This document shows, in pieces, positions 26,601 to 41,502 of a stretch of DNA of 64,000 nucleotides. The stretch's first letter is position 1. The number at the start of each line of letters is the position of its first letter. The notes below the pieces were generated by a model, which was given only the letters and a program-made list of their open reading frames with translations, made no database searches and was not told the DNA's origin. The stretch is from assembly GCF_006345805.1 (NCBI RefSeq), contig NC_043004.1:13454001-13518000 (forward strand), read 5' to 3'. The stretch comes from Octopus sinensis. Taxonomy: Eukaryota. Position numbers and translations under genes: made by a program.

Positions 26601-26770
26601 TGTCTGTGTGGTAAGGAGTTTGCTTCTTAACCGCATGGCTGTGGATTCAGTCCCACTACCCACTACTACGTGACATCTTAGGCAAGTGTCTTCTCATTTA
26701 GTCTCCGGACGATCAAAGCCCTGTGAATGGATCTGATGAACAGAAACCGGAAGAATCTCGTCGTCTGTGT
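26601..26770 (+). mobile_element. SINE family A, 5' half
   Basis: tgtgtggtaaggagtttgcttcttaacc...ttcagtcccact...ttaggcaagtgtcttct...gtgaatggatctg...cagaaaccggaagaatctcgtcgt. Confidence 0.75.
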
Positions 26771-28029
26771 ACTTAATTATGCAACCGTTTCCCTGCATCA
26801 TGAGATCTAGTTGTGCATCCTCAAGCGTTATGGAAATATTGTCTCCGTAAGTTAGAACTCTCGGCTTCAAGATCATCTTCTTTGTCTGTCGTGGCCTGGA
26901 GTTAGTAGTTGTCACTGAGTTTATCAACTTGTGTTGTTGCTTAAGCACTGTTGGCTAAAGACAATCGCTTGCGTATCCAACCATGAAAAACAAATCAACA
27001 GTACAAAGAAATCAAATGCCAATCCCTTTAAAACAACAACCACTTTAACAGTAGCAGAATCACCAAATCATTGCATCTACGCATACAAAGTATCATTTTC
27101 TTTCTATCTTACTGTAGCCACATAGAATGTCGTGAAGAGGAGCGTTAAGTGAGATCACATGCCCTTAGCAAATGCACGATATGCTTACATAATTTCCCTT
27201 ATTGGCACTGAAAGAGAATGTCTGTTATAAAGCACAACAGTTATTGCGTCAGTATGTTTGTTGCTATAAAGGATGGCAATATATTCTTGAATCTTTTGTG
27301 TATATTGTCCAATAATGATATAGTACATGCAGTTTATCAGCGTTTACAGACTTGATATTATGATTTTAATACATGTTGTTAGAGTGTTTTAATACATAAA
27401 TAACTATGCAAGATGCGAGAGACAAGACGTAGTCTCTCCCACTGCTAGAAATACTAACCAAATATAATACAAAAAACATCATGGTGCTTTACAGAAAAGC
27501 AAGAATTCAATAGTGTAGGCTTCGATAGGATATACTTAGAAAACTGACAGTAATGTTTCGGGTAGTTCTACTAGATAAAGATTTGTCCGTAATAACCAAC
27601 AACAAAACTGCAGCAACAATTACCAAAGAATATTGCTGAACATTTTTTGCCGATTAAATATGAAGGTATTCCGTTTTAGAACGGTATGACGATAAACTGG
27701 TTCCACCTCAGTAAAAATCCTCATTGTCTTGTTATTTTTACCAGATTATTATAAAGAAAATATATTTAACTAACAGATAAATAAACTAAACTGTGCGTTT
27801 TAGAATCGCAACCATAATTCTAGCCGAAATATTCAAATATGCTATGATCGTCAAACATAATTCATGAATATATTTTAATGTTATATTTGAAGCTATGCAA
27901 CTCATAAATCTATAGTGGAAACATTTCTCTACCATCTCGCCGCCAATAATTTCTTCCCCACATTTATATGTGTCTATGTATGTGGTAGGATATGGATGTA
28001 TCTGTATCTGTATGTGTGTATGTATATAT

Positions 28030-28082
<53 letters not shown>

Positions 28083-28296
28083 GGGTGAGTTGTGTGTGTA
28101 TGTGTGTGTGTGCTTATGTATACACACACAAACACGGATGTATATGAAATCTCTTTTGAATACTTCATATTTGTAGTATATGAATATATGTTTGGGAATG
28201 AGTGTGTGCCGAAAGAAAACTTGGGACACATAGATCTGATGGTAAACGCACACGTACAGACACACACACACAAACCTTTTTCTGTGTCTATATCTA

Positions 28297-28900
<604 letters not shown>

Positions 28901-29409
28901 GCGTATAAGTGTATGCGAATGCTTTCAGGTTTATATTTTATGCGTGTACACATATGAATGTGTGCGTGTGCCTGTTTGTGCACCCCAGGGTAGTTTGCAT
29001 ACATTTATACTTTAGGTGAGGAAACATAATGCTGTCAAAACCGATATTCATCAAGCATATTGTTTCAGATTTTAACCCAGAACTACTTAATCACGGGTCA
29101 CAGAAGAATTTCCCACACGGGCTGTCAATCTAGTTATAATGGTTGCCTTCATAATCAGAGGAAGATCGACAAAGAGAAGTAGGGTGAGGGAATGAGAAAA
29201 TAAGAGACAAGAGAGAGGAGAGAGAGAAGGGGGAGAATCAGATATAATAAGGAGTGGAGTACAAGGACAGAGAGAAAGACGAGGGGGCGAGGAGAGGGAA
29301 GGGAGAAGGTGTCAAATGGAAAGAGAAGTAAATTAAAACAGACTAACACGGAATTAGAGAATGAAAAAAATGGGAGGCAGAGACAGATTCAAAAATATGA
29401 AATAGTGAC

Positions 29410-29458
<49 letters not shown>

Positions 29459-30837
29459 CAGAGATGGGGGACGAGAGAGTGACGGAATCAGATACGGAGT
29501 TTAAATTGAAGGAGAATGATAGAGAATGATGGAGATATGAGCTGAGAGACAGACACAGGACAAAATGATAGAGGAGAAAGAGAGAAATTTGCCTGTATAG
29601 CTGCATTTCCAAGTGTGTGTGAGTGTGTGCGCCTAGGTTGTGTGTGTGTGTATGTATGTGTGTGTTTACGTATATATGTATCATAGAGAATGAGGGATGG
29701 CGGTGTGAGAGAACTTCAATCATTTTGGTATATTTCATGGAAACGGCTTGACAACACTGAGATCAAACATAAATAAAGCTGAACTATCGAACTGTGACTG
29801 AAATCGTGTCATAAAACCTGTGGCGCTAGACAATAGATGTACGAACGGCAACTATGAATTAATTATATTAACATTACAACAGAAATGTACTGTTCAAAGA
29901 GGGAAAATATGGAGGGAATTACTGAACAGCTTAACAAAAACTAAATCGATAAAAATAAATATAAAAAAAACAACAAGTAATAAAAACGTAAGAATATAAA
30001 TAATTTAAAACAAACTAAACCAACATTTTAAACCGATAACAGAAAAGCTAAGCACAAAAAGAAACCAAAAAACAAAAACAAAACAAAAACAAAACAAAAC
30101 AAAGATAATATGGGAATGAAAGCTGAATTAAGTTCTATATATTTATGGATAGATAAACACAAAGTATATAAATATATAATGATATAGATAAATATGTGTT
30201 AATGTATTGTTTGTGTAGGTGTGTTTCTGTGAGGTTTTTGCGGTTGTTGTTGTTTTGGTTGTTGTAGATGTTGTTGTTGCTGTTGTTATTGTTGCTTAGA
30301 CTCAAACCGGCTCTAATCGAGTAGACATGTGATAAAAAGTATTCCGACCATAATCATCCAATATTTTGGCCATTGTTGTTGTTGTTGTTGATGTTTTGTT
30401 TGTTGTTGTTGCTTTTGTTGTGTTTTATTTCTTCCAGGCATGATATATACCCATGACTTTTTTTTTAAATGAAAGTACTATTTTCAAGACAAGAAAGATG
30501 TGAAGAGACGAAGGTTGGTTGCTACTTTTAGCAAGTCGAGAAACCACATACAGGTTCTTGTTCTCTTGCCTTCAACGATATTTATGAATACATTTGTATA
30601 TATATATATGCCTATGTGTTTCATTACTTGTTAATGCACATATGTCTCTTATTTTACATATCTCATTTATCTTCTGGGCAGAGGCTTCTAAGCTAAGTCA
30701 AGTCTAATTCAACTCACCTGTTGACTCAATGCCAGCATAGAGATTTCTATTCAAAAGTGGATGGTATAGAATCACATACTCCTTGAATTCTAGCCTTATA
30801 TATACATGCACATATACATACACAGACATATTTTACA

Positions 30838-31352
30838 AAGTGGAGGCGCAATGGCCCAGTGGTTAGGGCAGCAGACTCGCGGTCGTAGGATGGCGGATTC
30901 CATTTCCACACCGGGCATTGTGAGTGTTTATTGAGCGAAAAACACTTAATCCTCCACAAGGCTCCGGCAGGGGTAGGTGGTGAACCCTGCTGCACTCTTT
31001 CACCACAACTTTCTCTCACTCTTTCTTCCTGTTTCTGTTATACCTGTATTTCAAAGGGGCAGCCTTGTCACATTCTGTGTCACGCTGAATCTCTCCGAGA
31101 ACTACTTTAAGGGTACACGTGTCTGTGGATTGTTCTGCCACTTGCACGTTAATAAATGGGCTGCGACCTCACTGGTGCCAAGCTGTATCGGCCTTTGCCT
31201 TTCACTTGAATAACATCAGTGATATGGAGAGAGGAGGCTGGTATGCATGGGCGACTGCTGGTCTTCCATAAACAACCTTTCCCGGACTTGTGCCTCGGAG
31301 GGTAACTTTCTAGGTGCAATCCCATGGTTATTCATGACCGAAAGGGGTCACA
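30838..31352 (+). mobile_element. SINE family C (tRNA-derived head), full length, with 12-bp target-site duplication
   Basis: Head ggaggcgcaatggcccagtggttagggcagcagactcgcgg. acatattttaca at 30826-30837 and 31353-31364. It interrupts a ~95-bp tandem duplication (30760-30837 vs 31380-31470). Confidence 0.85.
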
Positions 31353-31672
31353 ACATATTTTACACTAACTAAAGTTCGCGATGGTACAGAATCACATACT
31401 CCTTTAATTCTAGCCTTTTATATACATGCACATATACAAACGCATACATATTTTACACTAACTAAAGTTGGCTTATGCCCAATCACTGCATGGCATCAAT
31501 GCTGCTGGGCGGTCCAATAGCGTTATTCTGTCAATGTTCACAGATTTTTAGTGAAAGCTATAGCTTTATTTCTGGGCAGAGTTACCTCACTCCGGTAGTT
31601 CCCATTGAGGAATGCTAAAGAGTCGGAAACGCTAGGTCTGGAAATCTGATGGAGGGCAGTCCGCATCATTTG

Positions 31673-31724
<52 letters not shown>

Positions 31725-31840
31725 TCACTCACTCATAGTTAATTCAAAAAGCGAAGAAAGAACGGAAGAAAAAAACAACAACACAAGCACGTGGTAACTG
31801 CAAATTATTGATAAGACGCCCAGTGAAAGAAAGAAAGGTA

Positions 31841-31875
31841 GTTTTACGTTTTGAGCAAAGCTCTTCTTCAGAAAC
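31841..31875 (-). ncRNA. Minimal hammerhead motif with G12 mutated
   Basis: Minus strand: gttt-CTGAAGA-A-GAGC ttt GCTC-AAAAC-GTA-aaac. The G-to-A change fits CpG decay. Confidence 0.65.
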
Positions 31876-31942
31876 AGAAGACAGAGGAAAGTCCAAGAGA
31901 AAAGGAAGACGGAGGAAAATAACCGCCAACGATCTACATGTA

Positions 31943-32600
31943 GAGTCTTAGCACCTGTAGAATATAAAGCAAGATATGACAGAGTCGACCAGTATTTACA
32001 CTGTACAATATGTCGGCATTATAAGATCAAAACCGCTAACAAATGGTATAAACACCGGGAGAAAATGTGTCGAAAATATGGGACATCCCCGTACATACAG
32101 ACAAAACTGTAAAAGCTAACCTGGATATTATCATAAAAGATCAGACAAAAAGGATGTGTTTATTAATTGACGTGAGTATTCCTTGCGATCACAATATTGC
32201 GGCGAAAGAATTTGACAAGATTAGTAAATATAAAGACTTGCTAATAGAAACTGAAAAAATGTGGCATCTCAAGGCGACTAGAGTACCAGTGATTGTAGGA
32301 TCTCTAGGAATGATTAAAAAAAGGTACTGAAACTTATTTGAAAATGATACCAGGCTTACCATCCCTACAGGAAGTGCAAAAAATCGTGTTAACTGGTACG
32401 GCTCATGTACTGAGAAGAGCAATATCGCTGTGAAAACAACATCCATTCATGAATTTATTTATTCATTAATTTTTTAAATACATATTTTACCTGTGAATTT
32501 GCGGTGTAATCTGGGAATGCATACACTGAGCTTCTCTGCCCTAGGTGTACGGAAAACATTCGACGAGAAACGGAAGAAAATTTGAAGAAAGACGGAAAAA
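31943..32600 (+). mobile_element. Old R4/Dong-clade LINE 3' fragment (restriction-like endonuclease region plus 3' UTR) ending at (AAT)n
   Basis: VLAPVEYKARYDRV.QYLH...WDIPVHTDKTVKAN.DIIIKDQTKRMCLLIDVSIPCDHNIAAKEFDKISKYKDL; followed by an AAT/GAT/GAC array at 32600-32750. Confidence 0.8.
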
Positions 32601-32614
32601 TAATAATAATAATA

Positions 32615-32649
<35 letters not shown>

Positions 32650-32654
32650 TAATA

Positions 32655-32730
<76 letters not shown>

Positions 32731-33304
32731 TGATGATGATGATGATGATGATGTTATTTGGTTCCAGGCTAAATAAAAACATGGATGTACTCAAAGAAGC
32801 TCTCTCCACAAAACAAACTTAACCCACTAACATTGGTGCAATGGAAGGAAAACTTGGCGATGCAACTATGAGAAAAGTCCTGTTAAAGCAAAGGAACTAG
32901 AAAATCGGAAAGATTTTTGTTACATAAAGTGTACTCTCTTAAATGCGTTATATCTCAATGTGACATACGCAAGACGTCGAAACTAGCACTAGGAACCCTG
33001 GAAAAATCACACTAATTACACAATAAGTACGTAAAGTGAATAATTACCTATACATGCAACAGTCCATACCTCCATGTGCACATATTAATACTTATAAGTA
33101 ACATAAATAATACTTACACGACACACGTACACACAGAGAAAATAATTGAAAAACACATGTCACGAGTAACGTCGCTCCAAACAAAAACAAAGCGGCTTCA
33201 AACAAACGAATATAAAAAGGAACAAATCAATCACTCGGTTTAAAACATCAGGAAACAATTATATCCGGAAAAATAGCAACCAAAAATAATAATAATAAAA
33301 ATAA

Positions 33305-33358
<54 letters not shown>

Positions 33359-33387
33359 TAAAAATAAAAATAATAATAATAATAATA

Positions 33388-33431
<44 letters not shown>

Positions 33432-33463
33432 TGGTGATGATGATGATGATAATAATAATAATT

Positions 33464-33540
<77 letters not shown>

Positions 33541-33548
<8 letters not shown>

Positions 33549-36500
33549 TAAAAACAACAAACCCAGACTGTAAGGATGCATAATAATGCACGACAAGCAG
33601 CAAGCCAAAGCACGACAGACAAACATACGAATGAGAAAGAAAGAGCCACAAATTTAAAACCTGGAAACAACGAAGGGGAGCCAAATGATTATGATACTAT
33701 AAAAAGTAGAATAATCAAAGAACTGAAAACCACAGATCTCTAAATAGACCACCGACCATACATCCCAAAAATGAAAATAGACAAAAAAACAGCATCAATT
33801 ATAAATAGCATAAATCTAGCCGTCACGGAACTAATAGCCATTGAAACAAATAGCAATATCAGTGAGCTAAATGACTTAGTATATGCAGCAGCCACTGCAG
33901 CCACAAAAGAAGCTGGATACTCCCTCAAACCCATCCAAACAGGAGTACCACCGCCCAAAGAAACCCTGTGGATAAATAACATAACAAAAAATAAACGAAA
34001 AATGAGAAAAGATCTGTCGATTCTTAATGATATCAGTAGACAATCAACGCTACTAAGCAACAAAAAGAAAACAAAAATACTGTGCAAATACAACATTACA
34101 GAAAAAGATTTACCTGAGATAAAAGAAAAGCTAAAGCAAGATATTCTTGCCAAATCACAAAGGATCCGCCGGTATGAGAAACGCCAACGTTTCTTTGAAC
34201 AAAACAAAGAGTTCAAATACAACTCCAAAAAGTTCTACCAAGAACTTGGCAAAAATAAAATAGACATCACGGCAGCACCAACGGCAGAAGAAGTGGAAGA
34301 ATTCTGGAAAGAAATGTGGTCGGCGAGTGAACAACCAAAAACAAAAGACGTATTAAAACAACAAACGTAGCATCTGAGCAACTTTGGACCCCCATAACAA
34401 CTGAAGAGGTCACCCAGGCACTGCAAAGACTAAGCAACTGGAAGGCACCTGGGAATGACAAGATCCCCAACTTCTGGTTGAAATATCTGACCGGAATGCA
34501 CAAAAAGCTGGCTGAAAGCTTTAACAATATACTGGCAGAACCAGAGACAATGCCTGAATGGCTCACGAAGGGGAAAACCATCCTAATTCCCAAATCCAAT
34601 GAGACAGCAAAACCAGAAAACTACAGACCAATAACCTCTCTCCCTACAATGTACAAAGCATTCACTGCAGTAATATCACAAAGATTGAACAAGCACCTGG
34701 ACGAAAACAACCTGTTTCCAGAAGAGCAGAAAGGATGCCGCAAAGGCTCATATGGCTGTAAAGATCAACTAATGATCAATAAAGCCATAACTGAAGTCAG
34801 CCACAGAAAGAAGATAGGCCTCAGTATGGCCTGGATCCACTACAGAAAGGCGTTTGATAGCATCCCCCACACATGGATCCACGAAACACTAGCCATTAAC
34901 AGAGTAGCACCAACAATTATAAAATACATAGGACACTCTATGAATAAATGGCAGACAGTGCTACAGCTCCAAACAAAAGAGAGACTCGTGAAAACCAAAG
35001 CCATCCCCATTAGAAGAGGAATATTCCAGGGAAACACGCTCTCTCCACTCCTTTTCTGCTTGGCACTGTCACCTCTATCTGATATGCTAAATAGAACTGG
35101 ATGTGGATATAAATGTTTCGGCAAAACGATCAGCCACCTTCTATATATGGATGACCTAAAACTATACGCTGCAAAGGACAAACAGTTGGAAACACTACTA
35201 AAGACGGTTCATGGATTCACCAAAGAAATAGATATGAAATTTGGATTAGAAAATGCGCCAAAGTAACCCTGGAAAGAGGAAAACTAGTTAAGATTAGCAA
35301 CATCACACTAGATAAAGCCAATGAAATAAGAGAAATAAGAGAATGAAATAAGAATAAATGGAATAAGAGAATGAGACCAAAGCCAAACTTACAAATATTT
35401 AGGAATCCATGAACTAGATAAGATACCACACACACAAATGAAAGAGAAAATAAAGAAAGAATACAATAGACGAGTTAGATCAATACTAAAAACAGAGCTC
35501 AATGCTAAAAACAAGATAATAGGTATTAACACTTTAGCCGTACCAGTTATAAGTTACAACTACAATATCCTTAACTGGACGCTAAATGAACTAAAGAAAA
35601 TAGATAGGAAAACAAGAAAAATAATGACAGGATCTAGGATGCATCACCCAAAAGCTGACAGAGAAAGGCTATATATACAACGTATAGAAGGTGGTAGAGG
35701 CCTTATAAAGCTGGAAAACTATTATAAAATAACCACCATAGGACTGCAAAAATACCTACTTCAGAAGCAAGGAAATCTGATATAAATAACGGCAAAACAC
35801 GAGCGAAACATTAAAAACTGTTCTCAGTATTTAAGGAAGCTGAAAAGTACAAACAAGAAATCATACCACCTAACAAATATGAAGAAAAAGAAGAAAATAT
35901 GAAGAAACAGCAAAAGCTATAAAACAAATTAAATCCAAACTAAAACTAGAACAGCAACGGACCATGATAAAACGATGGCAAGAAAAGCCATTCGTGGCAA
36001 ATACTACACGAAGCTAAATGCAAAAGAAATAGACAAAGAAAAATCCTAGCAATGGTTGAGAAGCTCAGGACTCAAAGCAATGACAGAGGGATTTTTAATT
36101 GCCTCACAAGACCAAAGCCTCCCCACCAGAAATTACCAAAAACATATAATGAAAAGAAATATAACAAGTAACTGCAGAATATGTCGAGATGGACAAGAAA
36201 CAAATCATATTATCTCTGGTTGCCCAGTCCTGGCTAAGAAGGAATATATTCACAGACACGACAGACTTGCGACCTACATGCACTGGAAGCTATGCCAACA
36301 TTATGGAATAACAACAGAAAAAAGATGGTATAGTCACACACCAGAAAAGGTCACAGAAAACGAGAAAGCAACCATACTCTGGGATATGCCGATACACACA
36401 GATAGAGAAATTAAAGCCAACATTCCAGATATAGTTGTCAGAGATCATGAAAATGCTTTCTAATTGATGTATCAATACCAGCAGATGACAACATGCCTCT

Positions 36501-36828
36501 AAAAGAAATGGAGAAACTTTCAAAATACAAAGACCTGGAAATAGAGGTAACCAGAATGTGGATTCTAAAAACAGAAACAATTCCTATCATAGTATGTGCA
36601 TTAGGCACGATAGAAAATATTCAGACAAATACATAACAAAAATACAAGGACTTACACACACATATAACATACAGAAAATTGCACTACTAGGCACCGTACA
36701 CATCCTACGCAGAACACTTTCAATACAGTAACCATCAGAGCAACACAACAAATCACAGCACATACCCAAGGCACACAGAGCTGCGCTCGGTAGTGAAGTG
36801 AAAGCACGCTACAAAAATAAAACTACTG
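33541..36828 (+). mobile_element. R4/Dong-clade non-LTR retrotransposon, long but frameshifted (RT, CCHC, REL endonuclease), between (AAT)n arrays
   Basis: NWKAPGNDKIPNFWLK, YRPITSLPTMYK, EEQKGCRKGSYGCKDQL, YRKAFDSIPH, RGIFQGNTLSPLLF, HLLYMDDLKLY, CRICRDGQETNHIISGC, PDIVVRD. The 3' end aaaactactg is followed by (AAT)n. Confidence 0.95.
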
Positions 36829-36850
36829 TATAATAATAATAATAATAATA

Positions 36851-36908
<58 letters not shown>

Positions 36909-36909
<1 letters not shown>

Positions 36910-37406
36910 CTTAACTGATTGGAAGTGTTATCATGTACATTGTTTTGTCTTGGTGTAAAAGATGGGCTATAGCAAACATTCTGCTCAATACCACAGATTT
37001 GCTTGTCAGTTGTTTGACCTTAACCAGTTGAGCATGTGCCTTAGTGGCTGACGATATGTGCATCTCTGATCACGAGCAGAAGTAGTGGGGGAGCATTATA
37101 GCCATGTGTTGAGATGGATTCTTTGGGGTTTGAATAATTCACCTCTGGAAACATGGGTGGTTCTTTCAACATCCTTAAACAACCCTTATTCAGGGACCTT
37201 TTGAGCGGGATGAGCTACTCAACCTGAAGAAAATTCTAACTGGGCCCCACCTGCAAGGTCATGTACTATTTATCTTGATATGAGATCACCATGTCGCGCA
37301 CATATGTTTGTGATGCATGTGCCTGGTGTATCCGTATCAGACGGGTAGTCATGATGGGTATATTTTACCCCAGTGTCACTTGTTGGCATGAATTGCTCTC
37401 TCACTC
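36909..37406 (+). mobile_element. Interspersed element family D with (AAT)n tail
   Basis: About 80% similar to 38961-39517; ends ctctctcactc-(AAT)n; no tRNA boxes seen. Confidence 0.75.
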
Positions 37407-37420
37407 AATAATAATAATAA

Positions 37421-37493
<73 letters not shown>

Positions 37494-37497
<4 letters not shown>

Positions 37498-38845
37498 GAC
37501 GAGTTAGATCAATACTAAACACAGAGCTCAATGTCAAAAACAAGATAATAGGTATCAACACTTTAGCTGTCCCAGTTATAAGTTACAGCTACAATATCCT
37601 TAACTGGACACGAAATGAACTGACCAAAATAGATAGGAAAACAAGAAAAATAATGACAGGATCTAGGATGCATCACCCAAAATCTGACATAGAAAGACTA
37701 TATATACAACGTATAGAAGGTGGTAGAGGCCTTATACAGCTGGAAAACTACTATAAAATAACCACAGGACTGCAAAAATATCTACTTCAGAAGGAAGGAA
37801 AACTGATCCATAGCGGCAAAACACGAGCAAAACAAAAAACTGTTCTCAGTATTTAAGGAAGCTGACAAATACAAACAAGAAATCATACCACCTAATAAAC
37901 ATGAAGAAGATGAAGAAACAACAAAAGCTATAAAGCAAATGAAATCAAATCTAAAACTAGAACAGCAACGAACCATGATAAAACGATGGCAAGAAAAGCC
38001 CCTTCATGGTAAATACTGGACTAAACTAAACGCAAAAGAAATAGACAAAGAAAAATCCCAGCAATGGTTGAGAAGCTCAGGACTCAAAGCAGAAACAGAG
38101 GGATTTTTAATTGCAGCCATAGACCAAAGCCTCCCCACCAGAAATTACCAAAAACATGTAATGAAAAGAAATATTACAAGTAACTGCAGAATATGTCGAG
38201 ATGGACAAGAAACAATAAATCATATTATCTCAAGCTGCCCAGTCCTGGCTAAGAAGGAATATATTCACAGACATGACAGAGTTGGAACCTACATACATTG
38301 GAAGCTATGCCAACATTATGGAATAACAACAGAAAAAAGATGGTATAGGCACACACCAGAAAAGGTCACAGAAAACGAGAAAGCAACCATACTCTGGGAT
38401 ATGCCGATACACACAGATAGAGAAATTAAGGCCAACAGACCAGATATAGTTGTCAGAGATCATGAAGAAAAAAATGCTTTCTAAATGATGTATCAATACC
38501 GGCAGATGACAACGTGTCTCTAAAAGAAATGGAGAACTCTCAAAATACAAAGACCTGGAAATAGAGGTAACTAGAATGTGGACCTGAAAACAGAAACAAT
38601 TCCTATTATAGTAGGTGCATTAGGCATGATAAAAAAATATTCAGATAAATACATAACAAAAACACCAGGACTTACAAACACATATAACATACAGAAAATT
38701 GCACTACTAGGCACTGCACACATCCTACGCAGAACACTTTCAATACAATAACCATCAGAGCATCACAACAAATCACAGCACATACCCAGGCACACAGAGC
38801 TCGCGCTCGGTAGTGAAGTGAAAGCACGCTATAAAAATAAAACTA

Positions 38846-38848
<3 letters not shown>
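37494..38848 (+). mobile_element. Second, 5'-truncated copy of the same R4/Dong family
   Basis: More than 90% similar to 35465-36828; CRICRDGQETINHIISSC...RPDIVVRD; same 3' terminus aaaactactg-(AAT)n. Confidence 0.95.
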
Positions 38849-38924
<76 letters not shown>

Positions 38925-38960
38925 TCAGACAGGTAGTTATGATGGGTATAATTATAATAA

Positions 38961-39517
38961 ATGCCCTGATGCAGTACCAAGTATGGGTTCTTATGACATT
39001 TGATCTGAACTAATTCGAAGTGTTATGTACATTATCTTGTCTTAGTATATAAAAGATGGGAACACAGCATATATTCTGCTGAATACAACAGAGTTGCTTG
39101 TCACTTGTTGGACCGTAACTAGTTGATCATATCTCTTAGTGGTTTATGATATGTGCATCTCTGACCACAAGCAGAAGTCCTTGGGAAGCATCATAGCCAT
39201 GTTTTGGAGAGGAATTTTTGGGGGTTTGAATAATTCACCTTTCGAAACATGGGTTTTTCGTTCAACATCCTTAAACAACAATTATTTAGGGACCTTTTGA
39301 GCGGGATGCGCTACTCAACCTGAAGAAATTTCTAACTTGGCCCCCACCTGCAACGCCATGCGCTATTTATCTTCATATATGAGATCTCTATGTCACGCAC
39401 ATGTGGCTGTGATGCATGAGCCTGGTATACATTTAGACGATTAGTCATGATGGGCATACCGGGCTTCGTATATTTCACTCCAGTGTCACCTTCATGGTAT
39501 GCACTTATCTCTCATTC
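38961..39517 (+). mobile_element. Family D element, near full length, with a compound (AAT)n tail to ~39865
   Basis: Starts atgccctgatgcagtacc and ends atctctcattc-(AAT)n. A 25-bp fragment of its own 3' region lies just upstream (38924-38948). Confidence 0.75.
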
Positions 39518-39537
39518 AATAATAATGATGTTCATAC

Positions 39538-39569
<32 letters not shown>

Positions 39570-39626
39570 TAATAATAATAATAATATATAATAATAATAA
39601 TAGTGATAATAATAATAATAATAATA

Positions 39627-39680
<54 letters not shown>

Positions 39681-39762
39681 TAATAATAATACAACAACAA
39701 CAATAATAATTATAATTATAATAATAATAATGATAATAATAGTGATAATAATAATAATAATA

Positions 39763-39814
<52 letters not shown>

Positions 39815-39933
39815 TAATAATAATAACAACAACAACAATAATAATTATAATTATAATAATAATAAAATGGTGATAATTTATTTGAGCAATAAAATTATGA
39901 TTAACGCATAAAAAATATAAAAAACATATACAT

Positions 39934-39969
<36 letters not shown>

Positions 39970-40066
39970 GTATATGTTAATATATATAATTATGCTTATA
40001 TAAATGTGTATAAACACACATACACACACACACATATATATATATATACATATATATATAAAAGTA

Positions 40067-40100
<34 letters not shown>

Positions 40101-40742
40101 CTCTGTGTTTGCGTGTTTTTATATACGTGTGTGAATGTATGCATGTGTGCGAGTGTGTCTATGTGTGTGTGTGAATGGATGTATCTATACAAGTGCATGT
40201 CTATGTATATACGCATATATCTGTGTATAGATAGATCTGTACGAAACTCATTAGAAATTGCTGGGGAGCATCTTAGATGCGATATCTACTTCACTGCGTT
40301 TATCAAATTAAAATATCCAGATTTAGGAGAGGCGAAACGGGCTTCATTAAACTCACATCAAATTAAAATTTTTACTTGGAATACATGATGGCCTCGAACT
40401 GGTGAAGACGCTTACCGGTTGACGGTTACAGGAAATTGCTACAAATAACAAAAATACACTTATGGCCATGAGCCTCATATATATACCCTGACAAGAATAC
40501 GCTCATAAGTTTTCTATACATACATGCATATATATATATATAATTAAATAAATATATATATATGTATATACATATATATAAATATATATATATATATACA
40601 TACATATATATATATATGATATATATATATATACATATATATGTATCTATAATAAATATATATATATGTATACATACATATATGTATGTTTATGTGTGCA
40701 CGCGTGTGTATAATTGTGTGTGCGTTTATGCTTATATATTCT

Positions 40743-40785
<43 letters not shown>

Positions 40786-40827
40786 GTATGTATAATATAA
40801 ATATATTATATATATATATGTATATAC

Positions 40828-40861
<34 letters not shown>

Positions 40862-41502
40862 TTATATATTTGAAACGGATGTACATGCATGCATACACAC
40901 AAACACATATGTATATACAAGTATATACAAATATGTTTGAGATAATGAGAGGCGCAGTTAATTCTATTTATGTTTGTTTTTGTATTAGTGAGCCTGCACC
41001 AGTGCATGTATTTCTAGGTATTTGTAGTTTAATAAATGTGCAATTAAAACGATTTCTAATTAGAATTCCGAAGTATCTGAATGTAACGAGGTCAAGTATA
41101 AATAAAGTGGTAAGATTGTATGTTGAAATAATTGCATTGAAAAAATATATGTATATAGATTAAAGCATATACACGTGTTTGTGTATATATAATATAATAA
41201 TAATATAATATTATACGTACATATATATATATAGATTTATATATATATTTATATATATATACACATACATACATACGTACATATATATGGGGGTGAATTC
41301 GTGTGAGTGTGTGGGTTTGTGTGCCTGTGCGTATGTGTATGTAAGTGTGAGCGTTTTTTATTCGTACTTATGCCTATTCCTGTATTTATGTGATATATTT
41401 GTACTGATATATATTCGATGTCATGTACGATTATTTGCATATAGGACGGTACATTGTAAATATATCTACATATATATATATATATATATATATTTATTAT
41501 AT

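Noticed and set aside
30838-30915. tRNA gene (also SINE heads at 55611, 56879, 63485)
   Set aside because: Only A/B boxes are retained, with no full cloverleaf, and each continues into a SINE body.
32600-39865. CRISPR-like repeat/spacer alternation
   Set aside because: The 'repeats' are variable-length (AAT)n arrays and the 'spacers' are retroelement copies; eukaryotic context, no cas genes.
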